Source of the DNA: Planctomycetota bacterium
GTDB taxonomy: Bacteria; Planctomycetota; MHYJ01; WSZJ01
Assembly: GCA_038060895.1 (NCBI GenBank)
Contig: JBBTCT010000018.1
Span: forward strand, 26,300-90,299
DNA length: 64,000 bases
Reading direction: 5' to 3'
The position numbers were made by a program, and so were the translations under genes. Shown here piece by piece: positions 9,451 through 19,130 of this stretch. Every line of letters starts with the position of its first letter. Position 1 is the stretch's first letter. Under the pieces are notes generated by a model, which saw nothing but the letters and a program-made list of their open reading frames with translations, made no database searches and was not told the DNA's origin.

Positions 9451-9537
9451 GGGTCTAAGGTCGAAGGTCGAAAGTCGAAGGGAACTGCCTCGAATTACGC
9501 TGATTTCCTTCGACCTTCGACCTTTGACATTCGACCC
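9451..9537. repeat. IR2: inverted repeat with (GGTCGAA)n-like arms
   Basis: Left arm 9451-9482 is gggtctaaggtcgaaggtcgaaagtcgaagga. The reverse complement of right arm 9506-9537 is gggtcgaatgtcaaaggtcgaaggtcgaagga, matching 28/32 by hand alignment. The loop is 23 nt. It lies between fliE and fliF. Confidence 0.9.
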
Positions 9538-9555
9538 TTCCCGGAAACGGTGTTC

Positions 9556-9858
9556 CTAGATCCGCATCCGCTGGATTTCCTCGTACGCATCAACAAGCTT
9601 GTTCCTGATCTGCATCAGCGCTTCGAACGCCAGCTCGGCCTTGCGGACTGCGGTGAAGACGCCCGCCACGTCATCCGTCTTTCCCGTCGCGAGCGCGGCC
9701 TGCGCCGAGTCCGCTTCCTTCTGGAGCGCGTTGACCTTCTCCATCGATTCCTTCAGGACGTCCTTGAACGCCTTCTCGGGAGCTTCCGCCTGCCCGGCCA
9801 GCTTCGGCCCCTCGGGTCGGATCGGCTGCGGCCCGATCGGCAGAATGAAATCGCTCAT
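9556..9858 (-). CDS. fliE: Flagellar hook-basal body complex protein FliE
   Basis: 100 aa. FKDVLKESMEKVNALQKEAD...AVRKAELAFEALMQIRNKLVDAYEEIQRMRI is the typical FliE C-terminus. Confidence 0.85.
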   Translation of the reverse strand: MSDFILPIGPQPIRPEGPKLAGQAEAPEKAFKDVLKESMEKVNALQKEADSAQAALATGKTDDVAGVFTAVRKAELAFEALMQIRNKLVDAYEEIQRMRI

Positions 9859-10259
9859 GCGAGGATCCTCAGGGCCGCGTTGAACAGACCCTTGGTGGCG
9901 TCCATCGCGGTGACGTTGAGTTCGTAGGCCCGGGTCGCGTCCATGAGATTGACCATCTCGACGACCGGGTTGACGTTGGGCATCTGCACGAAGCCTTCTG
10001 AGTTCGCGTCCGGGTGGCCCGGGTCGTGTTCCATCCGGAAAGGAGAAGAGTCGTTGACGATCCTCTCGACGTGCACGCCTGCGACTCCTGGCTGTCCCTT
10101 GGCGCCGACGCGGAATACCACGTCCTGCCGGCGATAGGGACTCACGCGGCCGTGCGCATCGCGCGTCGTGTGGGCGTTCGCGAGGTTGTTCGCGATGACT
10201 TCCGTGCGCATCCGCTGGGCGACGAGCGCGCTGGCCGAAACGTCGAGGGCGTTGAGCAT
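9855..10259 (-). CDS. flgC: Flagellar basal-body rod protein FlgC
   Basis: 134 aa. N-terminal ALDVSASALVAQRMRTEVIANNLANAHTT and C-terminal YELNVTAMDATKGLFNAALRI. Confidence 0.95.
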   Translation of the reverse strand: MLNALDVSASALVAQRMRTEVIANNLANAHTTRDAHGRVSPYRRQDVVFRVGAKGQPGVAGVHVERIVNDSSPFRMEHDPGHPDANSEGFVQMPNVNPVVEMVNLMDATRAYELNVTAMDATKGLFNAALRILA

Positions 10260-10262
10260 GGT

Positions 10263-10691
10263 TTAGGGGCGCTCCCTGATGGCGGACTCGATGAGGTCGA
10301 ACTGCCGCGACAGCAGCTGCGTCAGCGCGGTGTAGAAGGCCGCGTTCTTCGCCATCTTCGCGGCCTCGACTTCTGCAACGACGTCGTTGCCGTCATGTCC
10401 GGGGATGCCCCCCGTGGGGATCGGCGACAGCGTGCGGAGGATGGAGAAATCGCTGCCGGAAGCGAACGCCGGCTGCGCCGGCATGCCGCCGAGCACGACG
10501 GGCTGGGTCGCGCGACCGGCGTCGGTCGCCCTGCGAAGCGCCGCCTGGAACTCATCGACCGGGAGGTCCTGCCCCCGGAATCCCGGCGTGCTCGCATTCG
10601 CGATGTTGTTGAGGATCACTTCATGGCGCTTCCACGAGAAGGCAAGGGCCGACTCGAGGGTGGGAATGGCGCCGGCGCTCGTGACGTCCAT
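10263..10691 (-). CDS. flgB: Flagellar basal-body rod protein FlgB
   Basis: LESALAFSWKRHEVILNNIANASTPGF is the rod-protein N-terminal motif. I chose internal ATG 10691, which is preceded by GAGGAAAC, instead of the track start 10805. Confidence 0.85.
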   Translation of the reverse strand: MDVTSAGAIPTLESALAFSWKRHEVILNNIANASTPGFRGQDLPVDEFQAALRRATDAGRATQPVVLGGMPAQPAFASGSDFSILRTLSPIPTGGIPGHDGNDVVAEVEAAKMAKNAAFYTALTQLLSRQFDLIESAIRERP

Positions 10692-11005
10692 CTTTCCTGT
10701 TTCCTCAACGTGGGCGGTGTCTAGACGGATTCCCGACCCAAAGAAAGCAAACCCGGGGCCGGGGGGGTGGTATTCCTGGACTCGCTTCAACTTCTTTAAG
10801 AACAAGTACTTACAGATGAAGCGTCTGGACTGCCACCCGGCGGGGGTTTCCCTGCTTCTAGTTTCGGCAAGAACCGCCGGCGAAATTTGCCGGAATCCCG
10901 CGGGAAAGGTTCGTCATTCGGCCTCCCATCGAATGCCGAACTCTGCTCGCGAGAGTGGCCGCACTTCGGGGGTCCGAGTCTCACAGGGCTATACTCGCGG
11001 GCCAG

Positions 11006-14000
11006 ATGTCGGACATTCCCCGAACCTTGACCACCCGCGATCGCGCTCTGGCCGAGCTGGTCCGCTTGCGCGGGTGGGCCGATGAAGCCGCGATCCAGCG
11101 CGCGATCCAGGAAGCGTCGAGCGCCGCCGGGGCGCGCGACCTGGGCGCCATCCTTGCGGCTTCGGGCGTCCTCACTCCGAACCAACTCCGGGAACTCGAA
11201 GCCGCGATGGACGGCCGACCCTCCGGCGCCCAGGGCTCCGGATCCTCCTCCGCGCTGGACCGCACCGTGGCGAAATCCGACGCCGGCGTGACCATCGCCG
11301 CCGCTTCCGGCCGGAAGGTCGGCGATACCGTGGGGCCCTATCGCATTCTGCGCGAGCTCGGCCGCGGCGGGATGGGCGTCGTCTACCGCGCGCTCCAGCC
11401 TGAGTTGCGCCGGGAGGTCGCCCTCAAAGTCATGCTCTCCGGCGGCGACGAAAGCAGCTCTGACGTCGAGCGCTTTCGCCGCGAGGCCGCCGTCGTCGCC
11501 AGGATGGGCCGTCACCCGAGCCTCGTCCAGATCCACGACATCGGCCGCGACGGCGAGCGGCTCTATTTCACGATGGACTTCATCGAAGGGCGGTCACTGA
11601 AACAGAGGATTGCCGAAGAAGGGCCGCTCTCCGGACGCGAGGCCGCGCGGATTGCCGCCGATCTTGCCTCCGCGCTCGCCTTTTCCCACGCGGCTGGCGT
11701 CGTGCATCGCGACGTGAAGCCGGCGAACGTGCTGATGGACCGCGAAGAGCGGGCTTTCCTCGGCGATTTCGGACTGGCGCGCGACCTGTCGAGCAGCGTC
11801 GCGCTCACGCAGAGCGGCGCGCCGATCGGGACGCCGGCTTACATGAGCCCGGAGCAGGCTGAAGGCCGGGCTTCGCGCATCACGCCGCTGTCCGACGTCT
11901 ACTCCCTAGGCGCGACCCTCTACGAGATGCTCACCGGCCGCCCGCCGTTCGACGGCGAGTCGCAGATGGACATCATCCGGCAGGTCCTCGAGAGGGACCC
12001 CGTCCCGCCGCGTTCGCTTCGTCCGGAGATTCATCGCGATCTCGACGTCATCTGCCTGAAGGCGATGCACAAGGTACCCGCCCGGCGATACGAGTCGGCG
12101 GCCGCGCTTGAGGCAGACCTGCGCCGCTTCCTGAACAACGACCCGATCCTCGCGCGCCCTCCCGGTTTTGGGGAAAAGCTCGTTTCGCGCGCCCGCCGCC
12201 ACCGCGTCGCGCTGGCCGCCGCGGCTTGCGTTCTCTTCGCCGGTGCAGGATTCGGCGGGTGGGCCGCATGGCGGGTGAAGAAGCGCGACGACGCCGAGAG
12301 CGACCGCGCCCGGACTCAGCGAGCGAAACAGGATGAGTACGCCCGGCGACAAAGCGAGGTGACGCCCCTGCTCATCGAGGGGAAAGACCTCATGACCCGC
12401 TGGGACGACGCGCGAAAGGTCGGCGATTGGCGCGGCCGCAACCGCTTCGCCGCCGCCGCGATCGCGACCCTGACCAGGGCCGCGGAGATCTTCCCCGAAG
12501 GCGCCGAAGTCCATTTCCAGCTCGGGATGGCCCTTCGCCGCGGGGGGTGGCATGAGAAGGCCCTCGCCTCCCTCGAGCGTGCCGTCTCCATCGACCCGCT
12601 TCATACCCTGGCCTGGTTCGAACATGGAGACATCACGGAGAGCCGCCTCCGCGAAGTTCGCGGCTCCCTGGTGCGAACCGGGATCGTCGCGATCCAGGGA
12701 AGCCAGGGATTCGTCCCCACCGGCATGAACAGGACGTTGATGTTCAGGAAAGAGGCCGGCGAGGGAGATGCCCCGCGCCTGCTTGAAACGGCGAAACGGG
12801 ACTTCCGCCGGACCCTCGAAACGGGCGCCGGCGCCGAACGGGCCGCCTACGGCCGCGCGATGCTCGCGTTCTACGCGGATCGCTTCGACGAGGCCCTCCG
12901 TGAGCTCGACGCCGCACTCGCCGCCAATCCCTACTTCACCGATGCGCTCGAAGCGCGCGCGTCGATCCTCGAGTTCTCGACGCGCGACATGGCGCGCGGG
13001 ATCGCCGACCGGGAAGCGATCCACCGCCTGGAACCCTACAACCCCTGGTATACGAACGAGCTCGCACTTTCTTTTCAGATGGCCGGCCGGGACAAGGAAG
13101 CGCTGGCGCTGGTCGCCGAGGCGGTCCTCAACTGCGACCACCCCGACGTCCTGACACGCGGCGCCTCGATCCGCTTCTCATCCGGCGACTACGATGGATG
13201 CCTGGAACTGGCGAAGCGCGCGCTGGCGACGAGGGAGGGAAGCCGTGCCGGCCGGGCCGATGCGGCGATCTACGTTCCCTACGTGGCGATGATGAGGCGC
13301 GAATTCGACGCCGCGCTTCGCGGGGTGGACGAGCTGGAGGGCGACCTGGGGCCCGATTTCGCGGGCGCGATGCGGGGGGAGATCCAGATGGCCCGCGGGG
13401 ACATGGGCGCTTCGGCCCGGGCGTTCCGAGGCATCACGCCGGGAAGCTATGTCGAGCAGGTCGAGTCGCTCGGGGCCGCCTTCGCAGAGTGGTGGTGCGG
13501 CAATCTCGATCGCGCGCGTCCCCTCTCCGAGACCGCCGTCCGGATGCGCGTCCTCCCGGCGGCGCCCGTCATCCGGGGAATCGTGCGAATGGACCAGGGC
13601 GATCTTGCCGGCGCCCTCGGAGATTTCGAGACCGTCCGCCGCGACGAGCCGGCGCTCAACGTCAACTACTCAAACCTCGCCGGCGCACGCTTCCTGACGG
13701 GCGACTACACGGGCGCGATCACGGCGCTCGAAGAGGCCGTTTCGACGACGCTGACGTCGCCGGAGCAGAAGGAGGCCGTGAAGCGGTTTTTCGAGCCGCT
13801 GGCGAAACGCGCGGGCGCGGCGAAGTCACCGGCGGAGGCGGCGAAGGTCGTGGAAGGGATCGCGGGACTCCTCGTACTCGCGGGCGCCCAGGCGACCGAC
13901 GAGACGATGCGCGCCGGGGTTCGTGAGGCGCAGCGCGGCGTGTTCTACATCCTGCAGGCGTTTTACATTCACCACGAAATGTGGAAGGAAGCGATCGGGG

Positions 14001-14221
14001 CAGGTGAGCGGATCGGGAGAATCACGAAGAGCGGAAGCGCGATGTACAAAGACGCCGTCGCCCGGGCGCGGGGAGGCCGGAAGCCGGAATCGGTGCTGAA
14101 GTCCCTGGAATCCGCCCTGGAGGCTGGCTTCGATGACGGAAAGCGGGTTGACGGCGAGAAGGCCTTCGATGCCCTGAGAAACGACGACGCCTTCAAAATC
14201 CTGCGCTCCCGCTGCCGGTAG
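11006..14221 (+). CDS. Ser/Thr protein kinase with TM helix and large C-terminal TPR-like region
   Basis: Hanks-kinase motifs are present: GPYRILRELGRGGMGVVYRA, VALKV, HRDVKPANVLM, DFGLAR, GTPAYMSPEQ. A TM helix (ALAAAACVLFAGAGFGGWAAW) is followed by about 600 aa of TPR-like repeats. The start was set at MSDIPR (11006). Confidence 0.9.
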   Translation: MSDIPRTLTTRDRALAELVRLRGWADEAAIQRAIQEASSAAGARDLGAILAASGVLTPNQLRELEAAMDGRPSGAQGSGSSSALDRTVAKSDAGVTIAAASGRKVGDTVGPYRILRELGRGGMGVVYRALQPELRREVALKVMLSGGDESSSDVERFRREAAVVARMGRHPSLVQIHDIGRDGERLYFTMDFIEGRSLKQRIAEEGPLSGREAARIAADLASALAFSHAAGVVHRDVKPANVLMDREERAFLGDFGLARDLSSSVALTQSGAPIGTPAYMSPEQAEGRASRITPLSDVYSLGATLYEMLTGRPPFDGESQMDIIRQVLERDPVPPRSLRPEIHRDLDVICLKAMHKVPARRYESAAALEADLRRFLNNDPILARPPGFGEKLVSRARRHRVALAAAACVLFAGAGFGGWAAWRVKKRDDAESDRARTQRAKQDEYARRQSEVTPLLIEGKDLMTRWDDARKVGDWRGRNRFAAAAIATLTRAAEIFPEGAEVHFQLGMALRRGGWHEKALASLERAVSIDPLHTLAWFEHGDITESRLREVRGSLVRTGIVAIQGSQGFVPTGMNRTLMFRKEAGEGDAPRLLETAKRDFRRTLETGAGAERAAYGRAMLAFYADRFDEALRELDAALAANPYFTDALEARASILEFSTRDMARGIADREAIHRLEPYNPWYTNELALSFQMAGRDKEALALVAEAVLNCDHPDVLTRGASIRFSSGDYDGCLELAKRALATREGSRAGRADAAIYVPYVAMMRREFDAALRGVDELEGDLGPDFAGAMRGEIQMARGDMGASARAFRGITPGSYVEQVESLGAAFAEWWCGNLDRARPLSETAVRMRVLPAAPVIRGIVRMDQGDLAGALGDFETVRRDEPALNVNYSNLAGARFLTGDYTGAITALEEAVSTTLTSPEQKEAVKRFFEPLAKRAGAAKSPAEAAKVVEGIAGLLVLAGAQATDETMRAGVREAQRGVFYILQAFYIHHEMWKEAIGAGERIGRITKSGSAMYKDAVARARGGRKPESVLKSLESALEAGFDDGKRVDGEKAFDALRNDDAFKILRSRCR

Positions 14222-15535
14222 CTAAAGACCCCACTTCTTGATCTTGTCGCGCAACGTGCGCTCTGCAATCTGCAACGCGGCGGAGGTCCGCTGGCGATTG
14301 CCGCCGTGCGATTGGAGCGCCGCCGCGATGGCGCGCTTCTCGATTTCCTCCATGGTCAGTCCTTCGAATGCCGAAACGGGCGCCGGCGATGCGGCCGAGG
14401 CGGACGCCGGCGCGATGAGCCACGGCGCGATATCGGCGGCGCGGATCGTGTCCGCGGCGACGAGGACGCAGGCGCGTTCGAGGATATTGAAGAGCTCGCG
14501 GATGTTGCCGGGCCAGCGGTAGTGACGCAGCGCGTCAACAGCATCGGCCGCCAGTTTTTTCCGGCCGCGCAGGAAGTGTGCGCAGAGCGCCTCCAGGTCG
14601 TCGAGCCGCTCGCGCAGCGGGGATACTTTCACCGGCACGACGTTGAGGCGGAAAAAGAGATCTTCGCGGAAGCGGCCCTTTTCGATTTCAGCGCGCAGAT
14701 CGCGATTCGTGGTCGCGAGGACGCGGACGTCGGCGCGGCGGGCGATCGAGGAGCCGACGCGCTCAAACACGCGCTCCTGCAGGACGCGCAGCAGTTTCGC
14801 CTGGAGGTTCGTGTCAATCTCGGAGACTTCGTCCAGAAGCAGGGTCCCGCCTTCCGCCAGCTCGAAGCGGCCTTTGCGCTGCCGGTCTGCGCCCGTGAAA
14901 GCCCCCTTCTCGTGCCCGAACAGTTCGCTTTCGAGCAGTCCCGCCGACAGAGCGGCGCAATTCACCGCGAGGAACGGCCCCGCCGCGCGCGCCGAATCGG
15001 CGTGGATCGCGCGCGCCACGACTTCCTTCCCCGACCCCGTCTCCCCCAGGATCAGAACCGTCGCTTCCGTCGCCGCGATCCGCTTCAGTTCCTCCCGCAT
15101 CCCCTTCAGCCCCACCAGCGCCGGACGCTCGCCGGCCACCTGCGCCCGCAGCGCCTCGTTTTCGCGCGACAGCCGGCCGTGCTCGAGCGCCCTTTTCGCC
15201 AGCAGCTCGAGTTCCTGCGCCTTGAATGGTTTCTGGATGAAGTGAAAGGCGCCGAGGCGCATGGCCTCCACCGCAGTTTCGATCGTGCCGTAGGCGGTCA
15301 TGACGATGACGGGAATGCCGGGGTGCAGCTTCTGCAACTCCGCCAGCACCTCCAGCCCGCTCATCGGGGCCATCTTGAGGTCGGTGATCGCGAGCTCCGG
15401 CGCCCACCGGCGCGCCTCCTCGATCGCCGCCGGGCCCTCGGAGAACGCCTTCACCTCGTGGCCCCCGCGCGACAGCGCTTCCGTGACCGATTCGCGCATG
15501 ATCGGCGTGTCTTCGATGAGCAGGACGCGGCTCAT
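14222..15535 (-). CDS. Sigma-54-dependent response regulator (REC + AAA+ with GAFTGA + Fis-type HTH), FleR/FlrC/FlbD-like
   Basis: REC domain is [11 protein letters not shown]...[11 protein letters not shown]. Walker A is GETGSGKE, the GAFTGA loop is present ([10 protein letters not shown]), and the C-terminal HTH is [25 protein letters not shown]. True start is ATG 15535, with ATGA overlap onto the kinase stop. The track ORF (to 16111) carries a spurious Arg/Pro-rich extension. Confidence 0.95.
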   Translation of the reverse strand: MSRVLLIEDTPIMRESVTEALSRGGHEVKAFSEGPAAIEEARRWAPELAITDLKMAPMSGLEVLAELQKLHPGIPVIVMTAYGTIETAVEAMRLGAFHFIQKPFKAQELELLAKRALEHGRLSRENEALRAQVAGERPALVGLKGMREELKRIAATEATVLILGETGSGKEVVARAIHADSARAAGPFLAVNCAALSAGLLESELFGHEKGAFTGADRQRKGRFELAEGGTLLLDEVSEIDTNLQAKLLRVLQERVFERVGSSIARRADVRVLATTNRDLRAEIEKGRFREDLFFRLNVVPVKVSPLRERLDDLEALCAHFLRGRKKLAADAVDALRHYRWPGNIRELFNILERACVLVAADTIRAADIAPWLIAPASASAASPAPVSAFEGLTMEEIEKRAIAAALQSHGGNRQRTSAALQIAERTLRDKIKKWGL

Positions 15536-16356
15536 GGGGCCTCCGGAAGGTCGATGGTGAAGACGGCGCCGCCGCCGGCGTGGTTCGCGCCGGCAATGGT
15601 GCCGCCGTGAGCCTCGACGATGCGGTGAGCGATGGCAAGCCCGAGACCGGTGCCGCGCGAGCGCGACGTGTAGAACGGCGTGAACATCTTCGGCAGCGCA
15701 TCCGCCGAAATGCCGGGGCCGTTGTCGCGGAGGGTGATGCGGAGGCGGCCCGCGCTGCGGGAAACGGCGACTTCGATGCGGCCGCCCTCGGGGGCGGCCT
15801 GGGAGGCGTTGACGGCGATGTTGGCGAATACGCGCGTGAGAAGGGAAGGGTCGGCATGGAGAGGGAGGGGGCGGGCGAAGCTGCGGACCACCGAGATCTT
15901 CTTTTCGGCCAGCGCGCGCTCGGCAGCGAGAAGCGCGTCTTCGATCACCTCGGCCAGGTCGCAAGCCCGCCGCTGAGGCTGGATGTCGCGCGCGAAATCG
16001 AGCATGTCCTCGACCAGGCGGTCCAGGCCGCGCATGCCGCGCATCATCTTGTCCAGCGTGACGCGCGCTTCGCCGCCCGCCGGCAGATCCTCCTCGAGGA
16101 TCGAAGCCCACATCTGGATTCCGCCCAGGGGATTGCGGATTTCGTGGGCAAGGCAGGCCGCCATTTCACCGATCAGGGCGAGGCGGTTCTTGCGCGCAAG
16201 TTCCCGGTTCTTCTCCTCGAGCTCGCGCGTGAGCTCCGCGACGCGCGATTGAAGCGCGTCGTGAGAACCCTTGAGGCGCTCGGACGTCTCGTTGAAGGAG
16301 CGCATGAGCTCCATCAACGCGGCAACATCGGGTTTCTCGGTCAGTTTGTCCGGCAT
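15532..16356 (-). CDS. Cytoplasmic sensor histidine kinase (coiled coil + HisKA + HATPase_c)
   Basis: H-box is [18 protein letters not shown] boxes are [17 protein letters not shown] and [18 protein letters not shown]. There is no TM segment. Confidence 0.9.
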   Translation of the reverse strand: MPDKLTEKPDVAALMELMRSFNETSERLKGSHDALQSRVAELTRELEEKNRELARKNRLALIGEMAACLAHEIRNPLGGIQMWASILEEDLPAGGEARVTLDKMMRGMRGLDRLVEDMLDFARDIQPQRRACDLAEVIEDALLAAERALAEKKISVVRSFARPLPLHADPSLLTRVFANIAVNASQAAPEGGRIEVAVSRSAGRLRITLRDNGPGISADALPKMFTPFYTSRSRGTGLGLAIAHRIVEAHGGTIAGANHAGGGAVFTIDLPEAP

Positions 16357-16359
16357 TCT

Positions 16360-16812
16360 CTACTCCGCCCGATCCACAAACCTCGGCGCCGCAGGAGCCA
16401 CGTTCCGGCCATATGCCGCCGCCGCCCGCTTTCCCTCCGCCGCCGCTCGCATCTCCTCCGACACCGTCCCTCGCGCCGCCTCCGCCATGCGCCGCGCTTC
16501 TTCCTCGCTCTTCATCACCGCTTCCAGCACCTTCGCCGTCGCTTCCAGCTCGGCCTCCACCGGCGCCGCCTCGTCGCGAGACAGGCCCCCCCGGATCGCT
16601 TCCCATTCCTCCCGCAACCCCGGCGCCGCCGCGGCCAGCCGCTCCAGCTCGCCCATGACCGCCCGCTTGCGCTCCACCATCTCCGCGAGCCCCGCGGCGT
16701 CCCCGGCAATCAGCGCCCCCTGCTCGCGCGCCAGCTCCGCCAGCCGCTCGTACCACGCGCGCCTCGCCTTCAGGCTCTCCGCCAGCTTCGCCGCCCGCGC
16801 CGCAAAATTCAT
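16360..16812 (-). CDS. Helical protein, weakly FlgN-like (flagellar chaperone family?)
   Basis: The real start is likely MNFAARAAKLAESL at 16812, with ATGA overlap onto the upstream TPR gene stop. It is 150 aa and all-helical, and the pattern ...YERLAELAREQGALIAGDAAGLAEMVERKRAVMGELERL resembles FlgN. The assignment is weak. Confidence 0.35.
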   Translation of the reverse strand: MNFAARAAKLAESLKARRAWYERLAELAREQGALIAGDAAGLAEMVERKRAVMGELERLAAAAPGLREEWEAIRGGLSRDEAAPVEAELEATAKVLEAVMKSEEEARRMAEAARGTVSEEMRAAAEGKRAAAAYGRNVAPAAPRFVDRAE

Positions 16813-19127
16813 CGCCCCACCACCAGCCGCTCCAGCAGCCGTTCGGCGGCTTCCTCCGCGCGACCGCCGTCCATCCCCGCTTTCCACGCATCCAGCGCGG
16901 CCTTGGCCCGCTCGCGGAAGCGCGCCGCCTGCTTCAGGTCCCCCAGCTTCTCGTGGCAGTCCGCCATCCGCGCCAGCGCCACCGCCGTCTCCGAGCCGCC
17001 TTTCGTGGCCCACGCCTGCCCGAACGCCTCCAGCGCCCCCGCCGTCTCTCCCACCTGCCAGAGCGACTCGCCCAGCAGAAGAGAAGTCCTCCGGGCGTCC
17101 GCCTCGCTCGCCGCGTCACGCGCCCGGCCGGGAAGCGCCAGCGCCGATCTCAGCCGCTTCGCCGCTTCGTCCCATGCGCGGCGCGTCATGGAAAGCCGTC
17201 CGAGGGTCGCCTCCGCCGTGAAGCGCTGGGCCCAGGCGGCGGGAAAACGTCGAACCGCGTCCACCAGGTTGCGCTCTGAGCGCGCAGCGCTCGCCGCCGC
17301 TTCGGAATCTCTCCCCGCAGCGCGAAGCCCCGAGGAGATCCGTGCCTGCACCTCACCGAGGGCGAAGAGCGCGTCCCGCCAGCGAGGGGCTTCGGGCGTC
17401 ACGTTGTCGTACCCGAAGAGGAAGTCCGCCAGCGTCCGCTCCGCGGCTTCGAGATTCCCCAGTGCCTCCTGCGACCGCGCCAGGGCCACGAAGGCCTCGT
17501 GCGCCCACCGCGGCGCGTTCCGGTGCTCTTCGAGGAACTTCGCCAGCTCGGTCACCGCTTCGTCGTGCCGGCCCAGTTCCTGAAGCGACCGGGCGCCGAG
17601 CCAGCGGGCTTCTGCGGAGCGTTCGTCGCTTTCGCCGAACTCGTGGGCCAGGCGCCGGAGGGGGAGGACGGCGGCCTGGTGAAACCCGCCGAGGAAGAGC
17701 TCGCGCGCGCCCAGGAAGCGGTTGTCGCTGGAGCGGGACTTGACGACCAGCGGGCCATCGGCTGCGTGGAGCCGAAGTTCAGCGGCCCGGCCATGGAGGG
17801 CACGCGCTTCGAGTGCGATTTCCGCAGCAGGTGTTCCGGCCTGATCGGAAGTCCGTGCCCGCTCGTCGGCCAGTTCCGCCCTTCGGGCCGCGACGGCGGC
17901 CGCGAGTTCCAGGGCGGCCTCGCTGTCGCCGAGCGAGTGCGCGAGGCCTTCGGACGCGCGCGCCAGCGCTGGCAGGTCGTTCGGATCGGGGCCGTACCGG
18001 AAGAGGTTTTCGAGGTCGCTCAAGGGATCCCCGGGGGGGACGAGGGCGGCGGGGAACGGGCGGGCGCCCAGATGCTCAAAGGCTGCGGCGTACGCGGCGG
18101 CGGCGTCGGCACGGCGGCCGGCTTCGAGACGGCGGCGGGCAATTCGGGCGCGCGCGGCGAAGAGAGCCTCTGCGGACGCGGGCAAATTGCGGAATTCGGA
18201 GAAATCGCCGTGGAAGAGCGGGTCGTCTGAGGTCGCGCCGGCCTCCAGCAGGGCGATTCCGGCGCGCTCGCGAAGATCCGTCCCGGGTCCCTGGCTCAGC
18301 AGCGCGCGCAGAAGGACCGCGGCTTCCGGGGCCCGTCCCAGCGAGATCAGCGCCCCGCCGCGGTCGAGCCGGGCTTCCGCCGCGTCGCGATCGAGTCCGG
18401 CCTTCTTCAATTCGTCTGCAGCATGGCTGAGCTCCGCTTCCGCTTCTTCTGCCTGCCCGATGCGCGCAAGAACACGGCCCAGGGTGCGCCGCGAGAGGCC
18501 CCTTTCGCGTCCTTCGGCGTCCTCGCGGACGAGCCTCCGGGCGGTTTCGACTGCGCGTGCGCGGTCGTCGGCGTTTCCCGAGGCGAGGGCGAGCGCGAGG
18601 TCGCGCCGTCCGTCCGAGCCGAGATCCCGCGCGGTCTCCAGTTTTTCGAGCTCCGCGATCGCCTCGGCCGAATATCCAAGCGCGATCATCCGCCGTGCGG
18701 CAGCAAGACGCAGCCGCCGGGCCTCGCGAGCATCCGCGCCGAGCGACGACGCCTGCGCGGCGCGCCACGCGGCGAATTCCAGCGCGCTGGTCAAGGGCGC
18801 CCGCTCAAGCCCCGCTTCCTCCAGGCGCGCTGCGGCGGCGAGGAGGGAAGCGTCGCCCGCCACCGCGCGGTGTTCCGCGGGAGAATCCGGCCCGGCGGGC
18901 CGCCGGGCGAGGACGACTTCCGCGCGGATTCGGGCTTCGGAGAATCGACCTTCCGCCATGGCCCTGCGAGCGCGGTCGAGCTCCGCTCGTTCGGCCGCGA
19001 CGCCGACGCCGCCACCGGCGAAGAGCCAGAGGATGGGGAGGGAGGCGAGGGCGGCGAGAAAGAGGGCGATGCGCCAGCGGGCGGCGAGGCGCCAGGGGGA
19101 GCGTGGGGAATCGGCGGGGGCGGCCAC
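16809..19127 (-). CDS. Large Ala/Arg-rich TPR-like repeat protein with N-terminal TM/signal anchor
   Basis: 772 aa. The N-terminal hydrophobic segment is IALFLAALASLPILWLFAGG. Helical repeat hairpins recur throughout (e.g. ...GNLEAAERTLADFL..., GETAGALEAFGQAW). It is tightly coupled to both neighbours. Confidence 0.6.
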   Translation of the reverse strand: MAAPADSPRSPWRLAARWRIALFLAALASLPILWLFAGGGVGVAAERAELDRARRAMAEGRFSEARIRAEVVLARRPAGPDSPAEHRAVAGDASLLAAAARLEEAGLERAPLTSALEFAAWRAAQASSLGADAREARRLRLAAARRMIALGYSAEAIAELEKLETARDLGSDGRRDLALALASGNADDRARAVETARRLVREDAEGRERGLSRRTLGRVLARIGQAEEAEAELSHAADELKKAGLDRDAAEARLDRGGALISLGRAPEAAVLLRALLSQGPGTDLRERAGIALLEAGATSDDPLFHGDFSEFRNLPASAEALFAARARIARRRLEAGRRADAAAAYAAAFEHLGARPFPAALVPPGDPLSDLENLFRYGPDPNDLPALARASEGLAHSLGDSEAALELAAAVAARRAELADERARTSDQAGTPAAEIALEARALHGRAAELRLHAADGPLVVKSRSSDNRFLGARELFLGGFHQAAVLPLRRLAHEFGESDERSAEARWLGARSLQELGRHDEAVTELAKFLEEHRNAPRWAHEAFVALARSQEALGNLEAAERTLADFLFGYDNVTPEAPRWRDALFALGEVQARISSGLRAAGRDSEAAASAARSERNLVDAVRRFPAAWAQRFTAEATLGRLSMTRRAWDEAAKRLRSALALPGRARDAASEADARRTSLLLGESLWQVGETAGALEAFGQAWATKGGSETAVALARMADCHEKLGDLKQAARFRERAKAALDAWKAGMDGGRAEEAAERLLERLVVGR

Positions 19128-19130
19128 GGC

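Noticed and set aside
9451-9537. Possibility that the short tandem units in IR1, IR2, IR6 and IR9 are CRISPR arrays or VNTRs
   Set aside because: The units are 5-7 nt rather than 25-40 nt. There are no unique spacers of regular length and no cas genes. Each block is mirrored by a complementary arm, so these are hairpins, not arrays.
15536-16111. N-terminal extensions of track ORFs. Examples: response regulator to 16111, LPS kinase from 32756, GT2 from 32088, primase to 44946, X1 from 36751, purF to 26358, lipoprotein to 23330
   Set aside because: The extensions overlap upstream genes, are Arg/Pro-rich, and are followed by internal starts with RBS-like sequences or ATGA/GTGA coupling to the upstream stop. 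I used the internal starts.
15580-17583. 667-aa plus-strand ORF, with others of the same type (47715-49136 minus, 49935-51434 minus, 50618-52072 minus, 53566-55203 minus, 61713-62834 plus, 57386-58471 minus)
   Set aside because: They are antisense to well-supported genes (HK/FlgN-like/TPR, DRTGG/dapB, copA, pepA, nuoN, GT2). They have low-complexity Arg/Pro/Ala composition and no recognisable domains.
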